Source of the DNA: Phoronis australis
Taxonomy: Eukaryota; Animalia; Phoronida
Assembly (NCBI GenBank): GCA_002633005.1
Contig: NMRA01000282.1
Span: 333,748 to 397,747 of the forward strand
Length of the DNA: 64,000 bases
Reading direction: 5' to 3'
Position numbers and translations under genes: made by a program. Below the pieces are notes generated by a model. That model saw nothing but the letters and a program-made list of their open reading frames with translations, made no database searches and was not told where the DNA came from. Position 1 is the first letter of the stretch, and every line of letters starts with the position of its first letter. Positions 1 to 11,360 of this stretch are shown piece by piece.

Positions 1-379
1 GCACATAATGAAACGATTTGTATTGTAACTCGATATGATATCGATCTACAAGTATCACGTTCAGGGATTCTTGTATTGTTAGGGAGACAGGTACACTTTT
101 TCTTGGCCGCAAGTAGACTCCACGCAACAGTCAAGGTGTGTGTGTGTTTTGTGCTATTAAAGTAGGCTAGTTTAATAAGCCCAGGTAAAGGGGATTCGTT
201 CAAGTGTTGTGTTAAATTTTAAGAGCTCACAACAGACTAGGTCAACCCGCGTAAAACTTACGAAGGTTAATCTGCGTATACATCCGAGAACCATCTGGAC
301 ACAACTGCAACATGTGTCGTTCTGCTGTGACGATATCTTGTCTGTTAAGGTTGTGTGGGACCCTAGAAAAACGCCAAAT

Positions 380-730
380 TTGGCCGCCTAACTTTGGAAC
401 ATCTTTTCTCTTAAGTGGCTGATCAGATCCACATGAAACTTTCAAATACTATGCTTTATGTACTGTTCTAAACATGTTGATAGGTTTTGTTTTTAAAATG
501 TTCCACCTTTGAATTGGCTCCATCAGAAGTAGCACTTTTGCAACTCGTATCAAAGAAAGATCAAAAGTGTTGCGTGAAACTGAAACTACAGCGTCGTTTT
601 GAGATTTGATCTTCAACATTTATGTAAAAAATGACCATCTCGTTGATACCGCTGTGTTCTATACACCTTTCTTTTAGGCTAAATTCTGTTAAAAGGACAC
701 GGTCACGTGACTAAAATGATGACACGCTGA
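380..730. repeat. Interspersed repeat (non-autonomous DNA-transposon-like family)
   Basis: Similar to ~40400-40750 (aactttggaaca...tggctgatc...actttca...gctttatg...gtcac(g/a)tgac) and partly to ~63270-63420. Confidence 0.5.
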
Positions 731-2539
731 CACAGAGTTAGAATTAACGCCTACGGGCTTTCTACTTTTAGAAAATACACACATCTACGCGTTTAGTTTT
801 CCGAGTTTTGTTGATATTTGGCTAACTGCAGACGTGTCAACAAGGTCCTACATAACCTTAAACAATTGCGATGTGTTTAATGATTACATTGGAGCTGTTC
901 CTTGATTGGTTGCGTGGATGTGATAACTCTTGTTGATGTATTATTGCCTTTGCTATTGGTTGGGAGATCGTGAATCGCTCAATGCATTCCCATGCAGTTA
1001 CCGCCTGCGATTATGGTTTGTTGGCAGCTTTTGTCATTTTTGGTTGGCGAAGAACAAGTGCTGCAGTAAAAAGGTCTGGTTTGGGATGCCAAAATTGAAA
1101 GTAAAACCTGAGTTCTCTTAATTCTGAATAGAACAATGTGGCAGATTTTGTATTTCTCAGATTTCGAACCCTGCCTTTCAACTGAGTCTGGAAACTGATG
1201 TAAGACTTCATAAAATTGTTGAAATCGGCCACTGGTGCACCATTTTTGCGTGCCCGTCCCCTTAGTATGAAACACCAATTGTTTTTCCATTGTATTATTT
1301 GAATTTGGGACTACCCGTATTTCTAAAATTTGGTGCATGTCCAGACTTGCTCAAGTTTTTATTACTGTCCCAAATTGGAGAATTTCTAACATACTAGTGT
1401 TGCATTGAAACTGCATTTTGTTGGGTTGATTGAGCGCTGATTCATTATCTTTCAACTCCTACTAACTTGGTTGAATAGCAGTCTACCTAGGCTAGTACTC
1501 TTTGCTAACCTGGAATTCTATCTACGAATGTGCACTGAATTTGTTAGTGGCCAAGAGTTGATCAATGGGCATGTGGCGCGCTGCAGCTGGTTTGATGGCT
1601 ACCACCTGTTGGTGGAGTGCGTCCTCAGTTCAGTCGCGTGTCATCTGGCGGCGATTGTAGCGTCTAGCGTTTGCTCGACAGTTTCGAGTTGAGTAGTACG
1701 CTGAAGTATGAGGTTCCGTTCTCGGAGATTTGGTTCGCCTCTGGATATGTGGCCCGCCTTAGAATGTTGTAATGAATACATTGCACAAGGTGATCCACTG
1801 AGGTTCCGGGTGCCTACTGTAACATTGTAGGAGTAATTTTGAGAAAGTTGCATTTCCCTGTTGACCAATTTACTCATTAAGACAGAATGTTGTGTCAGCT
1901 TAGAAATGGTGAAATGCATTTCTTAATTATTGCAATGTCCCACGGAAAACTAAGCCTGCTGGGAACAGCAGTAGCCCAAATCACACCAGCTGTGAGCGGT
2001 CAGCTCCTTTGATGGCCGTGTTGGTCACCATGTTTTAAGAGCCATTGTGCTCGGCTAATGTCCGAGTGTTGTCCATGACTTTACCAGAGTCATGTCGCGG
2101 GTGTGTCTACCCGTGGTGTAATGATCAGAGGATGCCGTCTGTGGCGTCTAACCTGTGACAGCCTTGCGATGCAAAATGTCCCCTCCCCAATAGGGATACC
2201 CAACTCTTGTGTTGGTGTTGGTGTTGATGCGATAGTTGAAGATTGTCTAAACAGTACTCGTTGAATGTTGATCAGTAACCACCCACTGTTAAATATGTGG
2301 AGATATAGTGAGCTGCCTCAGATAGTGGCACCAGAGACATTTCATTTGTTATTACCTACGTAACATTCAGAAACTTTGGTTTTCTGCTATGGCAGAATAC
2401 GGACTTCTTTGACAGAATTTTCTTTGACAAAATTTGAGGTTTTGAAGTTAATTAGAAAATGTCTCCAGAATTTTAAAAGTGAGAAAGAAAGTTGAACCAA
2501 TTTGTAATTTTGCTATCACCACTCTCATTGCTTATAATG

Positions 2540-2875
2540 TTTCATCTCAGTGAATGATAAGTTTCCATCTCAGTGAGTCATAGGAGTCTCAGTGAATGAT
2601 AGAAATCTCGTATCAGGGAATAATAAGTCTTCATTTCAGTGAATGATAGAAGTCTCCATATCAGGGAATAATAAGTCTCCATCTCAGTGATTGATAGAAG
2701 TTTCCATCTCAGTGAATTATAAGTCTCCATCTCAGTGAATGATAGAAGTCTCCATCTCAGTGATTGATAGAAGTTTCCATCTCAGTGAATTATAAGTCTC
2801 CATCTCAGTGAATGATAGAAGTTTCCATCTCATTGTATGATAGAAGTCTCCATCTCAGAGAATGATAGAAGTCTT
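2540..2875. repeat. Minisatellite, 23-25 bp unit (tccatctcagtgaatgatagaagtc), about 13 copies
   Basis: Tandem copies visible directly. Confidence 0.95.
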
Positions 2876-3109
2876 ACGTTCTTGTAGATAATGATTTTTG
2901 ACGGTCAAAATGAATTTTTACACTGACGTATTTCCAATGGTGGTGGCTTTATAGCTTGTGTTCTGAATGCTGGACGTGTACTTGTCAGTATATAGGCATT
3001 TGATGGTGAACGACTTTCTTGTGGGCAACTTGTGCCGACACTTATGGTACTCGCCAATTATTAGATATTTCTTCATTGCTGCAGTTGTGTTATTTCTTTT
3101 GTGTAGTGA

Positions 3110-3270
3110 CGCTAATAGCTACTTGAGGGAATACTACAGCGCCCCCTGTTAGTTGACGGTGTGATCCTGCAGTGTCCACCCATAATGCTCTTGGTGCGCA
3201 ATTGTACTGCTGGTGTACTAATGGTTATTATTTTACATTGAGACCGTTTGCTTTTCTTCATTGCGATGCT
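3110..3270 (+). promoter_or_regulatory. Duplicated non-coding module, copy 1 (CTCF-like CAGCGCCCCCTG plus Staf/ZNF143-like ACCCATAATGC)
   Basis: Colinear similarity with 6870-7010; motifs at 3137-3148 and 3178-3188. Function is inferred. Confidence 0.4.
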
Positions 3271-3650
3271 AATATGCTAATAAAGTTTCACTGTTGCGTT
3301 CTGAGTTGTAAATCCGACATGATAAATCATTCATCACTTCTTGAATCCGGCTCAGTGTGTCGGTGGCTCCACCTTTTGGAAACTCAATCAGAATGCATTT
3401 TATACCTCTTTGTCAAGTCTAGTACGGAGAAATTTGATAGTTTTTTCATTCCAGAATTGATATTCCTTTGCATGTTCTTCATAAGCGTCTGACGTGGCCT
3501 TGTTGTGATCAGGCTGAAGTTTAGGACTTCCTGCTGTACTTGGTCTGGTTTTCTGTCTTCTGTCAGCTGTCAGGTTCATCTATACGCAGCCACAAGCCAG
3601 TCTAGATGGTGTGGTGGCGTTGCTCTCAACCATGTTCTCATTCCTTGCAG

Positions 3651-3824
3651 GGATTCATTGTGCCATTTGTAGAAAGGTGGTGGGCAGGCAGCACTGGAAC
3701 AACCTGCGTGTACAGCTCAGGAGTTGAGCGTCTGGGTGTCCGGTTTTAATGTCCCCACTGTCCGGCAGTGTTCAACTGGCAGGTTCTGATGGAACGTCCC
3801 CTCAAGACGTTTATTCACAGCTGA
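3651..3824 (+). pseudogene. Decayed zinc-finger alternative exon
   Basis: ttccttgcag|gg then GIHCAICRKVVGRQHWNNLRVQLRS*; frameshift and stop, followed by remnants of CPHCP..FNWQV. Confidence 0.8.
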
Positions 3825-3839
3825 TCTTGTAACTTGCAG

Positions 3840-4018
3840 GTTTCCAGTGCGGCATCTGTGGCAAGACTGTCCGGAGCAGCTACCGAAGCAACTTGCACAA
3901 GCACATCAAGGCGGAGCACCTGGGCGTCCGGTTCAAATGTCCGCACTGTCCAATGACCATCAAATGGCAGGCTAATCTTAAGCAACACCTACAGAGCGTC
4001 CACCAGATTATCAGCTGA
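3840..4018 (+). CDS. ZnF alternative terminal exon 1
   Basis: aacttgcag|gt; (G)FQCGICGKTVRSSYRSNLHKHIKAEHLGVRFKCPHCPMTIKWQANLKQHLQSVHQIIS*. Not in the ORF track (no start codon). Confidence 0.9.
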
Positions 4019-4038
4019 TCCTATTGTGTAACTTGCAG

Positions 4039-4217
4039 GTTTCTAGTGCGCCATCTGTGACAAGACTTTCAAGGGCAGTTACCGTAGTAACCTGTACAAG
4101 CACATCAAGGCGGAGCATCTTGGCATGCGGTACACGTGCCCTCACTGCCCTATGAGTTACAAGTGGCAGGCTAATGTTAGGCACCACCTGCAGAGCGTGC
4201 ACAAGATTCACAGCTGA
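4039..4217 (+). pseudogene. ZnF alternative exon with a single in-frame TAG at its third codon
   Basis: acttgcag|gt ttc TAG tgc; F*CAICDKTFKGSYRSNLYKHIKAEHLGMRYTCPHCPMSYKWQANVRHHLQSVHKIHS*. Otherwise intact. Confidence 0.8.
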
Positions 4218-4237
4218 TCCTATTGTGTAACTTGCAG

Positions 4238-4416
4238 GTTTCCAATGCGGCATCTGTGACAAGATCTTCAAGGGCAGTTACCGTAGTAACCTATACAAGC
4301 ACATCAAGGCGGAGCATCTGGGCATGCGATTTAAATGCCCACATTGTCCCATGACCATCAAATGGCAGGCCAATCTTAGGCATCACCTGCAGAGCGTACA
4401 CAAGATTCACAGCTGA
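4238..4416 (+). CDS. ZnF alternative terminal exon 2
   Basis: cttgcag|gt; (G)FQCGICDKIFKGSYRSNLYKHIKAEHLGMRFKCPHCPMTIKWQANLRHHLQSVHKIHS*. Confidence 0.9.
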
Positions 4417-4432
4417 TCCTATTAACTTACAG

Positions 4433-4611
4433 GTTTCCGCTGTGGCATCTGCGGCAAGGTGGTCAATAGCAGCTACAGGAGTAACTTGCACAAGCACATC
4501 AAGGCAGAGCATCTGGGCGTGAGGTTCAAATGTCCGCACTGTCCCAAGGAGTTTAAGTGGCAAGTTATGATCAGGAGGCACCTACAGACGGTTCACCTGA
4601 TTCACTGCTGA
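4433..4611 (+). CDS. ZnF alternative terminal exon 3
   Basis: aacttacag|gt; (G)FRCGICGKVVNSSYRSNLHKHIKAEHLGVRFKCPHCPKEFKWQVMIRRHLQTVHLIHC*. Confidence 0.9.
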
Positions 4612-4623
4612 TCTCGCTTGCAG

Positions 4624-4802
4624 GTTTCCAATGCGGCATCTGTGGAAAGGTGGTTAACAGCCGGCATCGGAACAACCTGCACATTCATATCAAGGCAGAG
4701 CATCTGGGCGTGAGGTTCAAATGTCCACACTGTCCCAAGGAGTTTAAGTGGCAAGTTATGATCAAGAAGCACTTGCAGACGGTTCACCTGATTCACTGCT
4801 GA
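4624..4802 (+). CDS. ZnF alternative terminal exon 4
   Basis: ctcgcttgcag|gt; (G)FQCGICGKVVNSRHRNNLHIHIKAEHLGVRFKCPHCPKEFKWQVMIKKHLQTVHLIHC*. Confidence 0.9.
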
Positions 4803-4814
4803 TCTCGCTTGCAG

Positions 4815-4993
4815 GTTTCCAGTGCGGCATCTGTGGAAAAGTCGTGAACAGCCGCCATCGGAACAACCTGCACATTCATATCAAGGCGGAGCACCTAGGC
4901 GTCCGGTTCAAATGTCCGCACTGTCCAGTGGAGGTCAAGTGGCAAGCTAACCTGAAGGCCCACCTGAAGAACGTCCATCAAATATACTGCTGA
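4815..4993 (+). CDS. ZnF alternative terminal exon 5
   Basis: ctcgcttgcag|gt; (G)FQCGICGKVVNSRHRNNLHIHIKAEHLGVRFKCPHCPVEVKWQANLKAHLKNVHQIYC*. Confidence 0.9.
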
Positions 4994-5336
4994 CTATTGT
5001 TAGCATATCCGTATCATACGTCTTCGTTTCGTCATAGTGGCAATTTCACAGTGGACTGGTTTTGGTAGTATTGTTTGTCCAATGCCATCTGCATTTGTGC
5101 TTTGGAGTGGAAGTGTTTGATGTGGATACGTAGACCAAAGTTTGGGACTCCTGTGTACAAGAACGTTGACTAGTTGTCACGGCCAGATTGGGATCATAGT
5201 TAACAATGCAAATGACTTAAATTTGTTGCCCAGTCAAGCATTATTGTGTTGATATCGAGGTTAGAACTGGTCACTTTTCTTGCAGTGCATTACATGTCGG
5301 CGATTCCACTCACGGCTGCCCTTTTGTTGATTCTAG

Positions 5337-5515
5337 GCTACGTCTGTGGCATATGCGGTAAGCTGTTTAAAGCGTCTCACAAAGGAACAGTGAACCGGCA
5401 CATCAAAGTGGACCACTTCGGTCAGGGCCATAGCTGTCAGTTCTGCCATACTCACTTCAAATGGCACAGCCAGTTGACCAGGCACTTGAGAAAAGTTCAC
5501 CAGATTCTCTGTTGA
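5337..5515 (+). CDS. ZnF alternative terminal exon 6
   Basis: ttttgttgattctag|gc; (G)YVCGICGKLFKASHKGTVNRHIKVDHFGQGHSCQFCHTHFKWHSQLTRHLRKVHQILC*. Confidence 0.9.
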
Positions 5516-6869
5516 TTACTTTACAGCGTGATCAGTTTCAGTGGAGTAGCTTCTGGTTTGTTGGCAGTTATGTGGGGTGGTTTTGTTCGGAATTGAACAG
5601 ACTTCCGACCTGATTGGTTCAACTTTATGCAATGCATTCTTTACAGTGTATATATGTTTATTGTTAGGTGTTTGTAGCTAAGTTATTTGTTTGTCAGAAT
5701 TGGGATGACATTGATCAAAATGATTTATCTACAAATATATGATTGTCATTACATTTATATTCTTTTACTGTGGCTTTTCTCTGTAGACGGGATGCCTGAA
5801 TAAACGCAGTCATATCTAAACTCCATCTGCTGGGTTGTCTGAGATTGAGGTTTACATTACATGACAATTTTAAATCGTGTATAGGTATGAACATAAAGTA
5901 GCTATACGTATTGAGGAAAACGATAGTTCTGTCTTTAAATGTTATTGTTTTGCGAATTGGCAGGTAACCCCAGATAGATTTTCTATAGTCGACCATGCAA
6001 AACACAGTGCTTTCGCCAACAATTCTCAAAGCAAGACTTGTGGGCTTTGGTAGCACTGGAAATGTGTTATAATAAAGTACAATTTGTTTCATTGTACTAT
6101 AAAAGTACGTATTCAGGAAAAACAAATTTAGGCCCTTTATCATCCTAAAACCGGTCTCTTGTTCCTCACTGTAGTTGAAATTCTTTCTAAGCTTGAGTTG
6201 AACTTATTAGGTCGTGCTGTCTTTAATTGTGGTGGTGGCTTAGTCTCATCTTCCAAAGTGTTTTGCTTGTTTGCAGATTTTCAGGTGCTTCAGTTGCAGC
6301 CACTTTCAATTTAAAAAAGGGTGACACAATGGGTTGTGGCCAGATAAACGCAGGCTATCTCTTAGTTTGTATTACTTGATGGAGGTCTCTTGTGGATCTA
6401 TAGCTTATCCTGGAAGGAAAACCTTTATACTACAAAAAAAAAAAAAATTCAACTGCAAGAATCTCCATATCTAGTGTTTGCACTCCAGAGATTACTGTCT
6501 AATAGAGTTTGAGTAACACTCCAATTGGAATAACAGTTGTCCATAATTTATGCCAGTAACAAGGTGCTTTTGAGTACTATTGGAATTTTTTACTTTGATT
6601 TCCCACAATTCTTTGCTAGTCATTCGCAGGCCGAAAGTTATGAGAAACCTGTTTGGTGCAGTGTTGTCTTTTGTAACTTCAGGAGAATTTACAGCTAGTT
6701 ATACAGCTGTTCGTGCTCTGTTCCGCGTCCACCTTTCTATGGTGATTGATGAAGTCTCCTCTGAAATTTTTTAGTAATTTGTGTGTCTTGGATTACAAGG
6801 GTTTCTTTGCTGTTATATAAGTTGGGAGGGCGAATTTTAGCATAAGTGGATGTTTCAACTCCCTCTCTG

Positions 6870-7010
6870 TGCTAATAGCTTTTGTTGATAATACCACAGC
6901 GCCCTCTGTGATTATGCAGCATTTACCCACAATGCCGAGTTACGGCACTTGCCAGACTGAAGCACTCTGCTGGCTGCTAATAACTGGTTTATGACTACTT
7001 CGTTGCGATA
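6870..7010 (+). promoter_or_regulatory. Duplicated non-coding module, copy 2 (CTCF-like CAGCGCCCTCTG plus Staf/ZNF143-like TACCCACAATGC)
   Basis: Colinear with 3110-3270: gctaatagct...aatac.acagcgccc.ctgt...tgcag...accca.aatgc...tgctgg...ctaat...cttc.ttgcgat. Confidence 0.4.
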
Positions 7011-8561
7011 AGTTTATCCTTGTACATCGTTACATTAAAAAGGTTACATCTAAAAGAAAACACCGAGTGAGACGTGATTAATCACTGTTCATTTTTCCTA
7101 CTTGGCTCTGATGTTTGCTAGCCTTGTTGTCCTTGTAAAACTTGATCAAGTGTATATTTTTTTCTACTTCTGCATAAATGAAGAGTTGAAACTGGGATGC
7201 AGAAATTAGGTGAAGTCAAAATTGCTATCTTGAAACCAGAATCAATGAAGGTGGTGGTGGTCTCTCCTTCCGTTGAATCAATCAATGAATTTTGTACTTG
7301 TTTGTATTGAGGAACATTGGTTGAATGTATTCACATAACAACGCACACAAAAAGTTTCCATACCAAACCAAAATATGGACCAAAGTCATGGAGTTCAGAC
7401 ATGGTGGTTTTGCATAGGGCTTGAACATTGTCGAGGGTAAAGTAACGTGCTTGCGAGGGAAACGAGATCACACATGACCTCACAAAATCACGCGAGAGTG
7501 AGGGGCGAGTTTGGACATTAGCATTTTTAAACTACGTTGAATGTTTGCATACGTTTTGTGCCGTCCGGGAAATTTGTTGTTGGACTTAATATTTCACTTA
7601 GGTCAAAATTCTTAAGGCTTAGTGGAAGTCTGAAATCTTGCAACAGTATGTATTTTCGAAAACTGGATTCTGTAGAAAATTTGATTTTTGACTTGACACC
7701 AATCTGACTCTAAGTAGGTCACGTGCACTTGCTCTTTGAGAAAAAGTTAGCAAAAAAAGGTACAGTCATACCAAAACAACAGGATCAATAACGTGACAAA
7801 GTCTGAAGGATATAAATGTTCAAGATAAAATCTCAAAAACTCTGTCACGGTTTTCTAAATTATCGTTTTTATTTTATACAATTTTTTATGAAAATCGTTT
7901 AAATCTCGGTTTTTGATAGCCCGTCAACCAAAAATGGAACATTTTAACAACAACTCATGACAGTGTTTTCGGAGAACTGTATAAGACATATAATATCCGC
8001 AAATTTCACACAAATCCGTTTGGTCGTTATGAGATGCGATGATCCGAACTTGGCCAAAATGGCACATTTTTGTAGGGCCCTACATAACTTAGAAACCTGT
8101 GTGTTGATGCACAGTATAGATGTGAATTAAAGCAGTTCTGTTGAAAAGTTTTGGTTGCTGTACAACAAACTATAAACAAGCCAGAAGAACATGGATAACA
8201 GCCTCATTGATTAGCATTGGCATCCATTATTGTTTAATTCAACATCACTTTCACTGCTTCAGGGATAAATTAACCTTATCCTGCAGAACGGTTCATACTC
8301 GCAGTAGTCAAACATTCGAAATACAATAGCACTTTTCTAGGGCCACGCTTATTGGTAAACATAAAATAGGTAATTTGTCACTAAAATGATTTCCCTACAT
8401 TTTTCGCAACTGCACTTTACAAATAGAGAAATGTAAAGCACAGATGATGTCGTGGATATACCTTTGGAAAGGAGGGAATGATGCTGTAGGTGTTCATGAA
8501 ATGCATAGCATGAGAGTTCTACGCTACCTTTTTAAGACATCCTCGTATTTTTTGTTTGCAG

Positions 8562-9200
8562 ACACGGAACTTTCGCAACCACTTGACGAGTCTTTTCAAG
8601 TCACGGAAAGTGTAAACACAAATGAACGGTTTACTTGTGTCATGTGTGGCAAGAAATATGCTAATAAGAGAAATTTAAGCCGGCATACCATGACACACCA
8701 GGGGTTACCTCAGTGCACCTATTGCGGGATTTTTTTCGCGTCTGCCGATGAGCTTGCTTCACACAAAAGTGAAAAACATGGAAAGAAATATCCGTGTTCG
8801 CAGTGTGGTCAGACGTTCAGAACGCGTTCACACTTGTCATTCCACTTTAAACGACACGAGCCTGAGATATACCCGGAAAGTATCTACATTTGCCCCCTAG
8901 GGAGCTGTGGGAAGATTTTCACGAAGAAAACTGTTTTTTTTTAAGTCTCATGCAAAGTGGCATGCTAACAAGCAACCACTTGTGCGACAACTGTGGGAAG
9001 AAATTCTCAAATCTTCATGAGGAAGGCGCCCTCGTGCGAGTGTGTACAGGTGTCTTGAATTTGGAATGATTTGGTGTGGGATTTGTGAACAATAGTTCGC
9101 GGAGAGGTCGGCCTTGAAACGTCATGTTGATCATTATAGCCAAAAATTACATTGATGTTCTTGTGGTAGTCACTTTCATTATAGTAAGTAGCCTTATAGT
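8562..9200 (+). pseudogene. Degenerate poly-C2H2 zinc-finger exon of a different family (about 6-7 fingers), probably transposon-borne
   Basis: tttgtttgcag|ac acceptor; CVMCGKKYANKRNLSRHTMTH, CTYC, CSQC, CPLGSC fingers in ORF 8444-8944. After a poly-T frameshift, remnants CDNCGKKF and CGICEQ*FAERSALKRH follow. Confidence 0.75.
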
Positions 9201-9599
9201 TTTGTTGTCTTAAAAATCTTGTTGAAGCTCAGTTTATTCAATTTGTGTCCGGATGTGTGAAAGTTAAATGCTGGAAAGCAACAATGATATTGCGTCATCG
9301 CGCACTGTCCTGCCATTTTTTAACAGTGTATTTGACGTCATTTTCGGTGAGCTGAATCATATCACACTTACTTTATCTGAGTTTGATGGCAGATTTTTGG
9401 GGTTGAAAGCATGTATTCCAAGTTGCGTAATGGTGTGGTTTATGTTGTCATTTCATTGTCTTAGCTTGAGATCTGCTTGCTGGTTAGACTTGTCTGGAGT
9501 TAGTCACTTTTTGTGCAAAAAGGATTTGTGACCAGTGTGATAACGGTGTCTTGTTTGTCAAGCTCAAAAAGTAGTTTTTTTGCTGAATTTAAAAAAAAG

Positions 9600-10455
9600 A
9601 TGAGTACTAGGCATCTTCATGGATTCGAAGGAGAAGAAAACAGTGAAGATTGGTGAGACGACCAACTTGACCTATAAATGCCTGCTCGGAAGCCCAGTGT
9701 ATTAAAAGTGATTGCGACCCTGCCTATCTGGGGTTTTCCGTGTCTACTGGTTTGGCCGCCGGAATACACCTGCCTGAAAATCCCCAGCCACTGAGTTTTT
9801 CCAGCATGTCTTTCATGGACGAGGATGTTGCTAACAGGTAGTTGGCTGATGAGCTTGCTGTATGTAGAAAAAAAAAAAATTTACAAAACAAACCCCTATA
9901 GAGATCAGAGGTAGTGATCATATATGGAGTAGATCACTCTCACCGGTTGGTCAGCTGTGCCACCTTCGATGCTCGGACCCTTAAATGGTAGAAAATGGTT
10001 TTGTTTTTTCATTGTGTCTACTCAAAGCGTTACTGGTTTACAAATCTGTAACGTCTGATCGTGTCCCACTGCTACACCGTCAGTTCAGGCAAACACGAAT
10101 TAGTGACAGCATTGCATCTGTTGATGGCGAAGGACTACAACCGTCTTCTTCTGTAGGTAGTCGATCCTCTGGTGGGCCGCTCCTCTGTCTCTTTGGCAAA
10201 CACTTCCCAGAGCGTATCGTTGGAACAGGTGTAAAGAAAAACATTACTCGAGCCTGTGTTGTGTGTGCACCTGTTGAACGGAAGCGTTTATCACGAGTAG
10301 GAGTGAAGCGAAGAAGGCCCGGTAGAGAATCGTCTTACCAATGCAATGTCTGTAAAAAGACGTTGTGCGTTGTCCCGTGCTTCGTGTTGTATCATACCTG
10401 TGACAATTATGAAAAAGCATACTACGATGAACAGCAATGCGCTGAGGACGCATAA
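9600..10455 (+). mobile_element. piggyBac (PGBD4-like) transposase relic: C-terminal part of the DDD domain plus the Cys-rich domain
   Basis: GVDHSHRLVSCATFDARTLKW*KMVLF matches the GVD..DQ....W-K motif; KHFPERI...RACVVC...RESSYQCNVCKKTLCVVPCFVLYHT matches the piggyBac CRD. Contains stops and frameshifts. Confidence 0.85.
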
Positions 10456-11360
10456 CAGCTGTTTGACACACCTGGACACACCTTGAATGTGAATGTGAAA
10501 ATTAGACACTTGTTATGTCGTGCAATATCAAAATTTATGGTTGGTGTGGGTAGTTTGTACACTCATCTATATAGCATTAACTTGCTGTAGGATTTTCTGA
10601 GCATTGCATACTGGTGTCTTCCTTGTCTCGCCTGTTGTTCTGTGGCCTCTCTTGTTTGGATTGCACATTTGTTACTGAATTCAGAACACTTCTACCTTCC
10701 TTATATTGGACATTTTGTCTTATGTATTGGTTGTACGTGTTTATTTGCATGAGAGCACTGAAAATATTTTTTACATCTTTACCTGGATTTGACTTGTCAT
10801 CAGGTGTGTATGTCATAATTTTCTCGCTGATTGTTAAGAAGGAGATGAAGCTGTTTCTATTAGCTTCAAAATGGTGTATAATATACAGTATAAATTATAA
10901 ACCGTTTTGTTTAGTTTTTATTAAAACTGGTGTTATTATTGATCTTGACCTAAAAATAACCAGTGAGCCCCTTTAACCACTGGTGCATTGCACCACAAGA
11001 GTATTGGCTAAAGAATTGTAGTGCTTACCAGTTGAGTGACAATTAATTTACTAACTAAGGCACATTTAACAGGACATAATTTTTTCAACCGTAACATAAC
11101 TTTATTAGGAAGTTTGCTTATGTTTGCTCTTTAATCAATAAAAATGGTTGCCGGATTGAATGACATTTAACTTTGTTTTATAAATGTAGAAAAAGCTGTA
11201 GTTAATTTTTTGATTGACGAATCATGATCAGTTCAAAACTGGTGGAAGCGGAAGAAAAAGTTCCTTTAAATAGTCTATTAAACCTAATGCCAGTCTTGTG
11301 TTAACCGGAAACGTTTAGTGGATAAGAAACCAGCTGATGATTGCCTTTTGTTGTTTTTAG

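Noticed and set aside
4011-4796. Minus-strand ORFs over the cluster (also 11284-11499, 22368-22568 and similar)
   Set aside because: Antisense shadows of the ZnF exons with no recognisable domain.
4557-4814. ORF-track N-termini such as MASYDQEAPTDGSPDSLLISLA, and the other leaders upstream of the ZnF units
   Set aside because: These are out-of-frame readings of the previous exon or of intron/polypyrimidine sequence. They are not conserved between units, and homology starts at the AG.
3838-4816. AG|GT junctions as recursive (ratchet) splice sites
   Set aside because: The GT is followed by TTC, a poor donor, and is explained by the Gly codon; other exons start GC, GG or GA.
3651-4993. A single poly-zinc-finger ORF, or a CRISPR-like array
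   Set aside because: Each unit ends in a stop, the frames shift between units, and there are no donor sites to chain them. The repeats are coding duplicates without unique spacers, in eukaryotic DNA.
9724-9850. Minus-strand segment faintly resembling a piggyBac pre-CRD linker
   Set aside because: Similarity is too weak to call without an alignment.
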